A program made the position numbers and the translations under genes. 64,000 nt of DNA from an uncultured Gemmatimonadales bacterium (GTDB lineage: Bacteria > Gemmatimonadota > Gemmatimonadetes > Gemmatimonadales > GWC2-71-9): assembly GCA_963771275.1 (NCBI GenBank), contig CAVYSW010000010.1, forward strand, positions 32,001 to 96,000, written 5' to 3'. Shown here piece by piece: positions 54,566-64,000 of this stretch. Position 1 is the first letter of the stretch. Each line of letters opens with the position of its first letter. The notes under the pieces are model-generated. The model saw only the letters and a program-made list of their open reading frames with translations. It made no database searches and had not been told where the DNA came from.

Positions 54566-56022
54566 GCGGGCCGGTACGGGAGGTGGTCCATCCCCCAACG
54601 CTGCGCCTCGCGGGTCATCAGGCGCGTGAGCTCGGCCTTCACGTCGTCGCCCAGGGCCGACGGCTGATAGGCAGCGAGCAGCCGCTCCACCTCGCGGTGC
54701 GCCCGCTGGCCGAGCGTGAAGCCCCCCTCCGCCTGCCAGCGAGAGCGGTTTGCCCGGTCGATCGCGGGGCCCGGAAAGTAGTGCTCGGTCTTGAGGTAAC
54801 GCCGCGTGTGATCCGCGATCAGCAGGTGCTTGTCCCTCATCAACTCCTCGAACCGGGGCAGGGCCGGGAAGTCGTCTCGCGGCTCCACGCCGCGCACCAG
54901 CCGCTGCACCATGCCGCAGATCTCGTTGTCGACCACGAGCTTCTCGAGGGAGAGACAGCTCTCGAAGTCGAGCATGCCGGGACCGGACACGCTGTTCACG
55001 CCCGCCAGTGCCGCCAGCGTCGCTCCCATCGACGACTCGAGGCCGGCCTGCGCGTCCAATAGCTTGGCGTCGCTCAGGCCCATGTACGCCTGCGTCGGCA
55101 GACCCAGAAACCTGCCGATCTCGCAGTAGGCGCATTCGATCATCATGGTCTCGACCGCGCCCATTGGGGTCGTCTCATAGCGGATGTCGAACGCGGCGGG
55201 CGAGCCGCCGTACAGCGCGGGGGTGCCCGGGTTGGTGAGCTGGCTGATCACGATGCCGCTCAGCGTCTCGGCCGTGTGCTGCACCAGCGAGCCCACCAGC
55301 GTCACCGGCGCCACGAACCCGCTGAGCGGCATCGAGACGTACTCGACGGGGATCGAGTGCCGCGCGCAGTCCACCACGTTCTGCGAGGTGACGTCGCTCC
55401 AGGTGAGCGGCGCCGTGGGGCAGCAAGAGAAGATGGTAAGCGGCTTCTCCTTGAGCGCCGCCGCGCTGCCGCGCACGGCGAGCTGGAGGTCGCGCATCAC
55501 GTTGAAGGCGTCGATCGTGAACGCGCCCGTCACGACCGGCTTCTGGCCCAGCATCAGGCTCAGGTACAGCCGGAAGCTGTCGGAGATGTTCTGGTGCACG
55601 TCGCCCGGCACGAGGGCGGTGCTCTGGAAGTCGAGGTGGTCGAGCCGGGACGTGAGCTTCGCGTACGCGACGTAGTCGTCGGTCGTCGGCGGCCGCGTCG
55701 CGTGCGCGTCGTGATCGAGCACGTAGATCGCCGCCGAGCCGGGCGTGAAGTGCACCCGGTCGCCGGACAGGTCGTACGCCGTCGTGCCGAGCGCGTCGTA
55801 CAGCCGGAAGCCGTGCGGCGCCGTGCGGAGCGCCTGGTCCACGATGCCGTCGATGAGGAAGGCGCGGTGGGTGGCGGCGTCAACGCGGGCGCCGTGGTCC
55901 GCCAGCATGGACAGAATGCCGGGATTGTGGATCTCGACGCCCAGCTGCTGCAGCACCGTCCGCGCCTCGGCGACGATGCGCCGCACGAGATCAGGACCGA
56001 GGAACTGGACGACGGGTCGCAT
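54562..56022 (-). CDS. MttB-superfamily corrinoid methyltransferase, non-pyrrolysine
   Basis: APVTLVGSLVQHTAETLSG, PGTP..YG, DAKLLDAQAGLE and GMLDF motifs; no in-frame TAG. Confidence 0.92.
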   Translation of the reverse strand: MRPVVQFLGPDLVRRIVAEARTVLQQLGVEIHNPGILSMLADHGARVDAATHRAFLIDGIVDQALRTAPHGFRLYDALGTTAYDLSGDRVHFTPGSAAIYVLDHDAHATRPPTTDDYVAYAKLTSRLDHLDFQSTALVPGDVHQNISDSFRLYLSLMLGQKPVVTGAFTIDAFNVMRDLQLAVRGSAAALKEKPLTIFSCCPTAPLTWSDVTSQNVVDCARHSIPVEYVSMPLSGFVAPVTLVGSLVQHTAETLSGIVISQLTNPGTPALYGGSPAAFDIRYETTPMGAVETMMIECAYCEIGRFLGLPTQAYMGLSDAKLLDAQAGLESSMGATLAALAGVNSVSGPGMLDFESCLSLEKLVVDNEICGMVQRLVRGVEPRDDFPALPRFEELMRDKHLLIADHTRRYLKTEHYFPGPAIDRANRSRWQAEGGFTLGQRAHREVERLLAAYQPSALGDDVKAELTRLMTREAQRWGMDHLPYRPA

Positions 56023-56050
56023 AGTGCACTCCTTGGGACCCCAAGCTAGC

Positions 56051-56085
56051 CTGCCCGCTGCACGCTGTACGCTACGCGCTGCCCG
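56051..56085 (-). repeat. Heptamer array, CGTGCAG type
   Basis: CTGCCCG CTGCACG CTGTACG CTACGCG CTGCCCG. Confidence 0.8.
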
Positions 56086-56242
56086 CCGGCCGCGCCGCGA
56101 GTATGCGCAGCACGTTGAACACCCCGACGACGACGTTCTCGAGCCAGAACAGCAGGAGCAGCGCAAACACCTGCCAGCCGAGCCAGAGGACCCCGACGAC
56201 CGGGATGAGGTTCGCCGCCGTCAGCGCCAGGACCGACGGCAC
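56072..56242 (-). pseudogene. Truncated DUF6498-like membrane protein (56 aa)
   Basis: ANLIPVVGVLWLGW..LLLLFWLENVVVGVFNVLRI; the stop codon lies inside the heptamer array. Confidence 0.55.
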
Positions 56243-56287
56243 GAGGGGCCGCGGAATCGGCCGCTGCCACAGGCTGCGTGCGAGCAG

Positions 56288-58574
56288 CTAGCGTCCCCGG
56301 AAGCTGGTGTTCATCAGCATGCGTTGCGCGAAGTCGCTCGAGACTTTCGCGAGCCGCGCCTCCTCCGGCTTCGTGCTGTCCGCCACCTGCTTCAGGATCT
56401 CGCCGAACAGGGCGTACGTCACGTAGTACAGCGTGAGGATGTTCTCCGACGGCGTGTCGATCCAGCCGCGCGGGCGCGCGCGGGCGGCGCTCTCGGGATG
56501 GTACACGTCGAACAGCAGCTCCTCGGAGCGCTTGAGATCGACCCACCCCAGCGGCTGGATGTACGTGACGCTGTCGCTCTCGGTGACCGGCCTGGGCATG
56601 AGCCGGCGCGCGAAGCCCTGGCTGACGAGGTACTGCGTCAGGCCGAGCTGATCTCCGGTGCCCCCGGTGGTGCGGGCGAAGTAGATCGGCCGTGTGCCGA
56701 GGTTGTCGCGGATCAGCATCAGGGTGACCAGGATCTGCCGCTCGTACACGCCGGGCGCGAGCGTCGCGGTCACGTCGCCGAACCGGAACGAGCTGCGGCG
56801 GTCGATCTGGAACACGAGTGGGAGCGAGTCCACCCCGGCCATGCTGAGGTTGAGGACCGGCTTGGTCGGAGCCGCGACGGTTCGTGCCGCGCCACGGGCC
56901 GACCGCGTGCTCGACGTCGAACGGATAGACCGGGCGCCGCAGGATCTGCCGGACGTGCCAATCGGTGTTCATCAGCGATTGGTTCACCAGCACGACGTCG
57001 CGCCGGATGCCCTCCACCTCCTGCGCATGCCACAGCGGGAACAGGTCGTTGTCGCCGGCGGTGATCAAGATCGCGTAGGGTGCCACCGATTGCAGCATGT
57101 CGTACGCGAAGTCCCGGGCCAGGGTCTCGCCGGCGCGCGACGCGGTGAGCCGGTTGCCGGCGAGGGGCACCACCGCGAGCAGCAGGACCGGAGCGGCGCC
57201 GAGCCAGGCGGCCCGCGGCGTGAGGCGCGTCCGCAGCGTCTGCTGCAGGCTCGCGAACAGTGCGCCCAGCCCGAGCGCCACCCACACGCCCCACAGCAGG
57301 AACGAGACGATGTAGAAGTAGTCCCGCTCGCGCACCTCGTGGTCGAGGCCCTGCTCGTTGGGCCGGATCGAGAAGCCGTACTTGAAATTGAGGTAGAAGA
57401 TCAGCAGCAGCGTCACCGTGAACATGAGGCCCGTCATCGCCAGCGCCGCGCGCCGGTCCTTGCGCCACTGCACGATCATGCCGGACAGCCCCAGAGCGCC
57501 GAACACCACGGCGAGGCCCCGCCGGACCGGCTCGCCCCAGTCGCGACCGAACTGCCACCCGAAGTACTGCAGGTAGTTCTGGAGCTGCGACGGGAAGTCC
57601 GCCATGCGGTGCGTCACCGGCGGCTTCTGGTACTGCTCGCGCGCCAGGACCGACCACAGGGCCAGCCAGTTGGTGGGCTCGCCCTCGTTGATCGCCGGGA
57701 ACTGCGCCGCCCGGATCGGCAGGAACGTGACGTTCAGCGAGATGCCGATGACGACCGCGAGGATCGCCAGGTAGAGCGCCGGCTGCCGGAATTCCACCGG
57801 CTCGCGCCACGCCACGTAGGCGAAGGCCCCCACCACGAGCAGTATCACCAGCGCCCGCGCCGCCGCCGGCCCGTTGATCACCAGGGCCCACTGGTTGGAG
57901 ACCGCGAGCGCGAGCAGCAGGCCGAGCAGCACCACCCACGGCCGCAGCACCTGGCGCCAGTCGGTCGCCAGGACGTACAGGCCCACGGCCGGGGCCACCA
58001 GCACGCCCATCATGTGGTTGGTCGAGGTGAGCGCCAGGAAATACGCGATCAGGATCAGCAGCCCGTCGCGGTGCTCGCCCTCCGTGAGGTCGCCCCAGCG
58101 CACGGTGAGCCAGAGAATCAGCGCGATCGAGCACAGGCTCACCGTGTACACCTTCTCGTTCACCACCGACTGGTTCCACACGGTGAACGCCGTCGCGCCC
58201 ACCAGAACGCCCGCGAACGCCACCGCGATCCGCGGCCAGCGCTCGGCGATCACCGGCCGCAGCCAGCGCTCGATCACGAGGAACAGGAATCCCGACCCGA
58301 GCGCGCTCATCACGGCGCTGAACAGGTTGATCCGGAGCGCGTAGCTCGCGCCCAGCGGCAGGTAGCCCCACACGTGCGCCATGATGACGAACAGCGGGTT
58401 GCCGGGCGGATGCGGGATCCCCAGTCCCTTGGCGGCCGCGATGTACTCCGACGTGTCCCAGAACTGGGTGGTCGGCGCGACCGTGAGGACGTAGATCGTG
58501 AGCACGACAGCCGTCGTGAGGGCGGCGAGGCCGTACGGTGGCCGGTCGGTCGAAGCGGGACGCGTCGTCGTCAT
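56288..58574 (-). CDS. DUF2723 / TMEM260-like membrane glycosyltransferase; one frameshift at about 56879-56882
   Basis: WDTSEY..LGIPHPPGNP, RERDYFY and GDNDLFPLW motifs; removing one base joins the 56288-56842 ORF. Confidence 0.88.
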
Positions 58575-58585
58575 TGGACCTGGGG

Positions 58586-60121
58586 TTAGTGTCGGAATTG
58601 CCGGCGACCGGTGATCACCATGGCGATGTCGCGGGCGTCGGCGGCCGCGATCACTTCCGGGTCGCGCACCGAGCCGCCCGGCTGGATGATGGCCCGGACG
58701 CCGGCCTGGGCGGCCTCTTCCACCCCGTCGGGGAACGGGAAGAACGCGTCGGAGGCGAGCACGGCCCCCGCCGTATCGTGGCCGGCCTGCCGCGCCTTGT
58801 GCACGGCGAGGAACGAGGCGTCCACCCGGCTCATCTGCCCGGCCCCGATGCCCAGCGCCGCCTCGTCGCGGGCGAGCAGGATGGCGTTCGACTTGACGCT
58901 GGCGATGGCCGCCCAGGCGAACCGCAGGTCCCGCCATTCCGTCTCGTCGGGCCGGCGCTTCGTCGCCACCGTCCACTGCGACTCGTCCGCCAGGAAGCGG
59001 AACCGGTCCTGCACGAGCATGCCGCCCCGCACCCGCTTGAAGTCGAGCGCGGCGGCGGCCATGCTGCCGAGCGGCAGCTCGATCACGCGCAGGTTCTTCT
59101 TCCTGCGGAAGATCTCGAGCGCGTCGGCGCGGATGTGCGGCGCCACCACCAGCTCGACGAACAGCTCGTGCATCGCCTGGGCGGTCTCGGCATCCACCAC
59201 CGTGTTGAAGGCGATCACCGAGCCGAACGCCGACTGGGGATCCGTCGCCAGCGCCCGCCGGTACGCCTCGGCCGCCGTCTTGGCGAGGGCGATGCCGCAT
59301 GGCGTGGTGTGCTTGAGAATGGCGCACACCGGCCGGTCGGGCCACGGCTCGATCGCGAGCAGCGCGCCCTCGAGGTCGAGCAAATTGTTGAACGACAGCT
59401 CCTTGCCGTGGAGCTGCCTGAGGTCGGCGACGCCCGTCGACTCGCCGGTGCGGTACAGCGCCGCGCGCTGCGCGGGGTTCTCGCCGTAGCGGAGCGGCAT
59501 CACGCGCGTGAGCGGCACCGAGAGATACGGCGGCAGCGCGTCGCCGTCGCCCGCGCCGAGATACCCCGCGATCGCGCCGTCGTACCCCGCGGTGTGGAGG
59601 AACACCTTCGTGGCCAGGTCGCGGCGCAGGCCGGGCTCGACCGCGCCGGCGTCCAGCGCCGCGATCACCCGGCGATAGTCGGCCGGGTCGGTGATCACCA
59701 GCACGGACGCGTGGTTCTTGGCCGCCGAGCGCAGCATGCTCGGCCCGCCGATGTCGATCTGCTCGATCGCCTCCTCGAGCGTCACGCCGGGCTTCGCGAT
59801 CGTCTCGCGGAACGGATAGAGGTTCACGACCACGAGATCGATCGGCGTGATGCCGTGCTGCCGGAGCGCCGTCATGTGGGCCGGCACGTCACGCCGCGCG
59901 AGCAGGCCGCCGTGCACCGCGGGATGCAGGGTCTTCACGCGCCCGTCCAGCATTTCCGGGAACCCGGTCACCTGCTCGATCGGGATCACGCCGACGCCCG
60001 CGTCGGCCAGCAGCCTGGCCGTGCCGCCGGTCGAGACGATCTCCCACCCGCGCCCGGCGAGGTCCCGGGCGAACTCCACGATGCCCGACTTGTCGTATAC
60101 CGAGATCAGTGCGCGAGGCAC
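58586..60121 (-). CDS. purH: Bifunctional AICAR transformylase/IMP cyclohydrolase
   Basis: ALISVYDK, GRVKTLHP, DIGGP, RYGENP, KSNA and SDAFFPF motifs. Confidence 0.98.
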   Translation of the reverse strand: MPRALISVYDKSGIVEFARDLAGRGWEIVSTGGTARLLADAGVGVIPIEQVTGFPEMLDGRVKTLHPAVHGGLLARRDVPAHMTALRQHGITPIDLVVVNLYPFRETIAKPGVTLEEAIEQIDIGGPSMLRSAAKNHASVLVITDPADYRRVIAALDAGAVEPGLRRDLATKVFLHTAGYDGAIAGYLGAGDGDALPPYLSVPLTRVMPLRYGENPAQRAALYRTGESTGVADLRQLHGKELSFNNLLDLEGALLAIEPWPDRPVCAILKHTTPCGIALAKTAAEAYRRALATDPQSAFGSVIAFNTVVDAETAQAMHELFVELVVAPHIRADALEIFRRKKNLRVIELPLGSMAAAALDFKRVRGGMLVQDRFRFLADESQWTVATKRRPDETEWRDLRFAWAAIASVKSNAILLARDEAALGIGAGQMSRVDASFLAVHKARQAGHDTAGAVLASDAFFPFPDGVEEAAQAGVRAIIQPGGSVRDPEVIAAADARDIAMVITGRRQFRH

Positions 60122-60130
60122 GATGTCCCC

Positions 60131-60790
60131 CTACGAAGCCCGCGGCGCGCGCGCGATCAGCTGGTCGCCGAGCGGGGCCGCCGCGTCAGTGGTCAGGAAG
60201 CTGCTGCCGGCGCTCACGAGCGGAACGGGCCGGCCGGCGCGCGCCGCCGCCAGCACCACCGCCGGCAGAATCTGGTGCTCGACCGCGAGCACCCGATCGC
60301 GCAGCGCCTCGGGCGTGTCACCCGCCAGCACCGGCACCGGCCATTGCGCGAGGATCGGCCCGCGATCGTACTCGGCCGTCACCAGGTGCACCGACGGGCC
60401 CGAGATCGTGGCGCCGGACGCGAGCACCGCCCGATGCACCCGCATGCCGTACATCCCGTGCCCGCCGAACGACGGCAGCAGGGCGGGGTGGATGTTGATC
60501 ATGCGGCCGGCGTACGCCTCCACCACGTCCCGCGGCACGAGCTTGAGGTACCCGGCGAGCACGACGAGGTCCACCCGCTCGGCCGCGAGCGCCGCCAGCA
60601 GGGCCGGCCCGTCCGCCGGGTCGGCGATCCGGTGGGTCGCCACCCCGGCGCGCTCGGCCCGCGCGAATGAGCCGGCCTCCGGCGCGTTGCTCGCCACCAG
60701 CACGACGTCGGCCGCCGCCGGCGGCCGGCAGGCATCGAGCAGGGATTGCAGATCGGTTCCGGATCCCGACGCCAGCACCGCCACGCGCAT
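60131..60790 (-). CDS. purN: Phosphoribosylglycinamide formyltransferase
   Basis: LASGSGTD, LAGY, NIHPALLP and YDRGPI motifs. Confidence 0.96.
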   Translation of the reverse strand: MRVAVLASGSGTDLQSLLDACRPPAAADVVLVASNAPEAGSFARAERAGVATHRIADPADGPALLAALAAERVDLVVLAGYLKLVPRDVVEAYAGRMINIHPALLPSFGGHGMYGMRVHRAVLASGATISGPSVHLVTAEYDRGPILAQWPVPVLAGDTPEALRDRVLAVEHQILPAVVLAAARAGRPVPLVSAGSSFLTTDAAAPLGDQLIARAPRAS

Positions 60791-62175
60791 CACGTTCTAC
60801 CCTCCGCTCCTGCCGCTCCCGCCGCCCCTGCCGCCGCTTCAACCTGCGCGCGCGCCACCGCGGCCGCGACTGGCGCCAGCTCGTCGTCGGCCAGCGTGCG
60901 AACGTCGAGCAGCACGGATCCGTCGCCCGCCCGCGCGATGACCGGCGGCTCCTGCCGCCGCAGAGCCGCGAGCAAAGTATCGGCGGATGGCGCCGGGATC
61001 GCCACCAGCGTCGTAGGAAGCCGGGCGTGCGGGAACGCGCCCCCCCCCACGGCCGACTCGCCCTGGACGGTGGTCGCCCCCGGGATTCGCCGCGCGAGGC
61101 GACGCGCCCGGCGCTTGAGCTCCGCCGGGTCCCGCGTGAGCATCTGCAGCACCGGGATCTCGCGCCGCGCCGTCGCCGGGTCCCGATAGAGCGCCAGCGT
61201 CGCTTCGAGCGCCGCGAACGTCACCTTGTCGGGGCGCAACGCCCGCGCCAGCGGGTCCCGCGCCAGCCGCTCCACCAGGACGTGCGGCCCGACGATGATC
61301 CCCGCCTGCGGCCCGCCCAGCAGCTTGTCGCCGGAGAACACCACGAGCGCCCCCGCGGCGACGCTGTCCCGGACCCGCGGCTCCCCGTCGAGACCCCAGG
61401 GGGCGAGGTCCAGCAGCAGCCCGCTCCCCACGTCATGCACCACCGGCAGGCCGCGCGGCGCCAGCGCCGTGACGAGCTCGCCGACCGCCACCTCGGCCAC
61501 GAAGCCGGTGAGCGTGAAGTTCGAGCGGTGGACCTTGAGCGCGCAGCGCGTGCGCTCGCCCAGCGCCTCCACGTAGTCGGCCAGCCGGGTGCGGTTCGTC
61601 GTGCCGACCTCCACCAGCGTGCTGCCGCTCTTGGCGAGGATCTCCGGGATCCGGAACCCGCCGCCGATCTCCACCAGCTCGCCGCGCGAGACGATCGTCT
61701 CGCCCCCCGCGCCCAGCGCCGTCAGCGCGAGCAGCACGGCCGCCGCCGCGTTATTGACGACGAGCGCGTCCTCGGCGCCCGTGAGCTCCGTCAGGAGCCG
61801 GCGGGCATGATCCTGCCGCGAGCCGCGCCCACCGTCCGCGAGCGCGAACTCGAGCGTGCTGTAGCCCAACGCCTGCTCCACCGCCCGCAGCGCCGCCGGC
61901 GCGAGCGGCGCCCGGCCGAGGTTGGTATGGAGCACCACGCCAGTCGCGTTGAGCACGCGGGCCAATGACGGACGCTCGCGCGTGGTCAGGTGGTGGCGGA
62001 CCGCGGCGACCCACCCCTCGGCCGGCGGGGCGCCGCCCCCGGCCCGTGCCGCGTCCAGCGCCGCCCGCACGGCGCCCGCGAGCGCCACGCGCGGCACGCC
62101 GGCGCCGAGGCCCGCCCGCTCGGCGTCGGCGAGCAGGACATGGACGGCCGGCAGACGGCGACGTGCATCGGTCAC
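60790..62175 (-). CDS. selA: L-seryl-tRNA(Sec) selenium transferase
   Basis: NATGVVLHTNLGRA, VNNAAAA, SRGELVEIGGGFRIP, EVGTTNRT and FSGDKLLGGPQAG motifs. Confidence 0.96.
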   Translation of the reverse strand: MTDARRRLPAVHVLLADAERAGLGAGVPRVALAGAVRAALDAARAGGGAPPAEGWVAAVRHHLTTRERPSLARVLNATGVVLHTNLGRAPLAPAALRAVEQALGYSTLEFALADGGRGSRQDHARRLLTELTGAEDALVVNNAAAAVLLALTALGAGGETIVSRGELVEIGGGFRIPEILAKSGSTLVEVGTTNRTRLADYVEALGERTRCALKVHRSNFTLTGFVAEVAVGELVTALAPRGLPVVHDVGSGLLLDLAPWGLDGEPRVRDSVAAGALVVFSGDKLLGGPQAGIIVGPHVLVERLARDPLARALRPDKVTFAALEATLALYRDPATARREIPVLQMLTRDPAELKRRARRLARRIPGATTVQGESAVGGGAFPHARLPTTLVAIPAPSADTLLAALRRQEPPVIARAGDGSVLLDVRTLADDELAPVAAAVARAQVEAAAGAAGAAGAEGRT

Positions 62176-63401
62176 GGCGGTCGGGGGGCCGCGGGCGTCG
62201 AGTCCGGGACCGCCAGCACGGCGCGCGTGGTGACGGTGGCGCCGTTCACGTTGGCAGCCCGCGCCTCGAACAGGTAGCGCCCACCCGGAACGAACGGCGC
62301 GGCGAGGCGCACGATCCACACGTCGATCAGGGCCGGCCGCTGCTTGAGCAGCTGTGCGCCGCGTCCCGTATCCGCCGCCGCCGGCTTGGGCTCGGCTTGC
62401 CCGAACGCGCGCCGCGGCGCGACGACGCCCCGCGGCGGGCGGGCCGTCGTGTCGCGTGGCGCGCCGCTCGTGTCGCGCGGCGTCTCCGCCGCGCGCACCG
62501 AGTCGTAGGTGGTCAGCGTCCAGACCGCCGCGATGGCGACGGGCGTCGAGTCGGGCAGCAGCCGCGCCGTGACCGCGTCCGCCGCGGGGTTGCCGGGGCG
62601 CAGCTTCTGGCTGAATTCCAGCCGTGCCGAGATGCTGTCCTGGCGCGACACGGTCTTGATCGACGGTCCCACCGTGTCGTGGACGAACGCCCACAGATCG
62701 AGGAGCGCCGTCGAGTCGGCGGCGGCCGTCGTGTCCACCCGCAGCGGCACGGAGTCGAACGCCTCACGCCGGTCGCGCTGGTGGTTGTTGTTGTCGTCGA
62801 TGGTCGCGATCAGCGCGTACGCGCCCGCCGGCAGGGCGCGCAGCACGAAGTCGCCGGCCGAATCCGCCTTCGTGTAGTAGACCGCCGAGTCCGGCCCGAT
62901 GGCCTCGACCAGCGCGCCGACCCCGACCCGCCCCGCCGCCCAGTTGATCACCGTGCCGGCCACCCGCGTGCTGGGAATCGGGATGCCGGTCGAGAAGATC
63001 AGCTCGCCGCCGGTGCGCATCTGGTTGTTGCGGAGATCCTGGATGCCGGGGAGCAGGGTGACGCGGTACACCGCGTTCGGCCGCCAGCCCCCCGCGGGCC
63101 GGACCTCGATGCGGGTCCGCTTCCATGCGGTGGTCACACGCGCGGGGCGCGGCGAGATGAGAAACAGGTCCTCGAGCCGCCCGGCGGAGCGCTCGTTGAT
63201 CACTTCGTCGAACGTGAACACGGCGGGACTGCGGTACCCGGGCAACACGGCGCCCGAGTCCGGCCGGACGGCGACCAACGCCGGCGGCGTGAAGTCGGGA
63301 GGACCGCCCGGCGGCTCCTGGGCCGCCGCGCACGCCGCGGCGAGGACTAGCAGCCCAAGACGCGGAGCTTGTCGGCGAGCGTTGCGCGTTGCTCCCGCCA
63401 C
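62172..63401 (-). CDS. Ig-like (Big_5) domain lipoprotein
   Basis: Lipobox LAAAC followed by PPGGPPD..PP, FDE and IQDLRNN..FSTG; start codon uncertain. Confidence 0.8.
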   Translation of the reverse strand: MAGATRNARRQAPRLGLLVLAAACAAAQEPPGGPPDFTPPALVAVRPDSGAVLPGYRSPAVFTFDEVINERSAGRLEDLFLISPRPARVTTAWKRTRIEVRPAGGWRPNAVYRVTLLPGIQDLRNNQMRTGGELIFSTGIPIPSTRVAGTVINWAAGRVGVGALVEAIGPDSAVYYTKADSAGDFVLRALPAGAYALIATIDDNNNHQRDRREAFDSVPLRVDTTAAADSTALLDLWAFVHDTVGPSIKTVSRQDSISARLEFSQKLRPGNPAADAVTARLLPDSTPVAIAAVWTLTTYDSVRAAETPRDTSGAPRDTTARPPRGVVAPRRAFGQAEPKPAAADTGRGAQLLKQRPALIDVWIVRLAAPFVPGGRYLFEARAANVNGATVTTRAVLAVPDSTPAAPRPP

Positions 63402-64000
63402 GTCCTCTCCTTTATTCGTTCCCGCTCCACGACGTCCGCCGGGGCCCGACGCACGAACCGCTCGTCGCGCAGGCGGCCGGTGACGCCGGCGAGAAGGCCG
63501 TCCACACGATCGCACTCCTGGCGCAGCCGCCCGCATTCCCTGGCGACGTCGATCGCGTCGCCGAGCGGGACGAACACCGCCGACCCGTCGGGCAGCACCG
63601 CGTGCGCGCCGACTCCCGCGTCCGGGACCGCGCGGCCGAGCGCCGAGATCTTGGCCAGCCGCTCGATCGTCCGCTCCTCGGCGTTGAACGCCTCGGTGGC
63701 GTCGAGCGTGGCGGGCGCCACGAAGGTCCGCACCGTCTGGCCCGGCGCCACGCCGTACTCGGCACGGATGTTCCGCACGGCGCTGACCAGCGCCTGCACG
63801 CTGCCGAACCGGGCCTCCGCTTCGGCATCGAGCCACGCCGCGTCGGGGTCCGGCCACCGCGCGCCGGCCAGCAGCGGCTCGCGCGCCCCGGGCAGGTGGG
63901 ACCACAGCTCCTCGCTCAGGAACGGCATCACGGGGTGCAGCAGCCGCAGCACGATCTCGAACACGTAGGCGAGGATCGCCCGGGCCACGTCGCCGCCCGC
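63347..64000 (-). CDS. valS: Valine--tRNA ligase, 3' part
   Basis: LLHPVMPFLSEELW, VRNIRAE and C-terminal coiled coil F..RAP..VV..ER. Confidence 0.95.
   Translation of the reverse strand, partial: AGGDVARAILAYVFEIVLRLLHPVMPFLSEELWSHLPGAREPLLAGARWPDPDAAWLDAEAEARFGSVQALVSAVRNIRAEYGVAPGQTVRTFVAPATLDATEAFNAEERTIERLAKISALGRAVPDAGVGAHAVLPDGSAVFVPLGDAIDVARECGRLRQECDRVDGLLAGVTGRLRDERFVRRAPADVVERERIKERTWREQRATLADKLRVLGC

Noticed and set aside
54562..56022. Pyrrolysine-containing MttB
   Set aside because: The ORF has no in-frame TAG and no pyl genes are in the window
3701..56085. Short repeat arrays as CRISPR
   Set aside because: Units are 7-9 nt in tandem with no unique spacers, and no cas genes are present
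56046..59345. 1099-aa ORF as a single protein
   Set aside because: It joins a purH off-frame stretch, the DUF2723 N-part and post-frameshift read-through

Overview
A very GC-rich bacterial chromosomal segment, probably Gemmatimonadota (inferred from gene content, not tested). It carries a housekeeping backbone (rplY, prs, ispE, pdxJ, trxA, rsmI, DinG, gltX, glnS, purH, purN, selA, valS), a group 3b [NiFe]-hydrogenase operon interleaved with four signalling genes, and an MttB/corrinoid/homocysteine-methyltransferase cluster. Five tRNA or tRNA-like genes are present. Two things stand out. (1) An archaeal-type gatE-gatD amidotransferase pair sits directly upstream of glnS, and tRNA-Gln is duplicated with one copy having a broken T-stem. 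(2) A roughly 335-bp cassette (about 50315-50650) interrupts a decayed DUF559 endonuclease gene. It encodes a long-variable-arm, Leu-like tRNA body with a Thr (GGU) anticodon, flanked on both sides by sequences antisense to its own anticodon arm and closed by a terminator. Intergenic regions hold composite 7-mer tandem repeat arrays that supply stop codons to four genes. Three single-base frameshifts look like sequencing errors. All family assignments are from reading motifs by eye; no searches were run.
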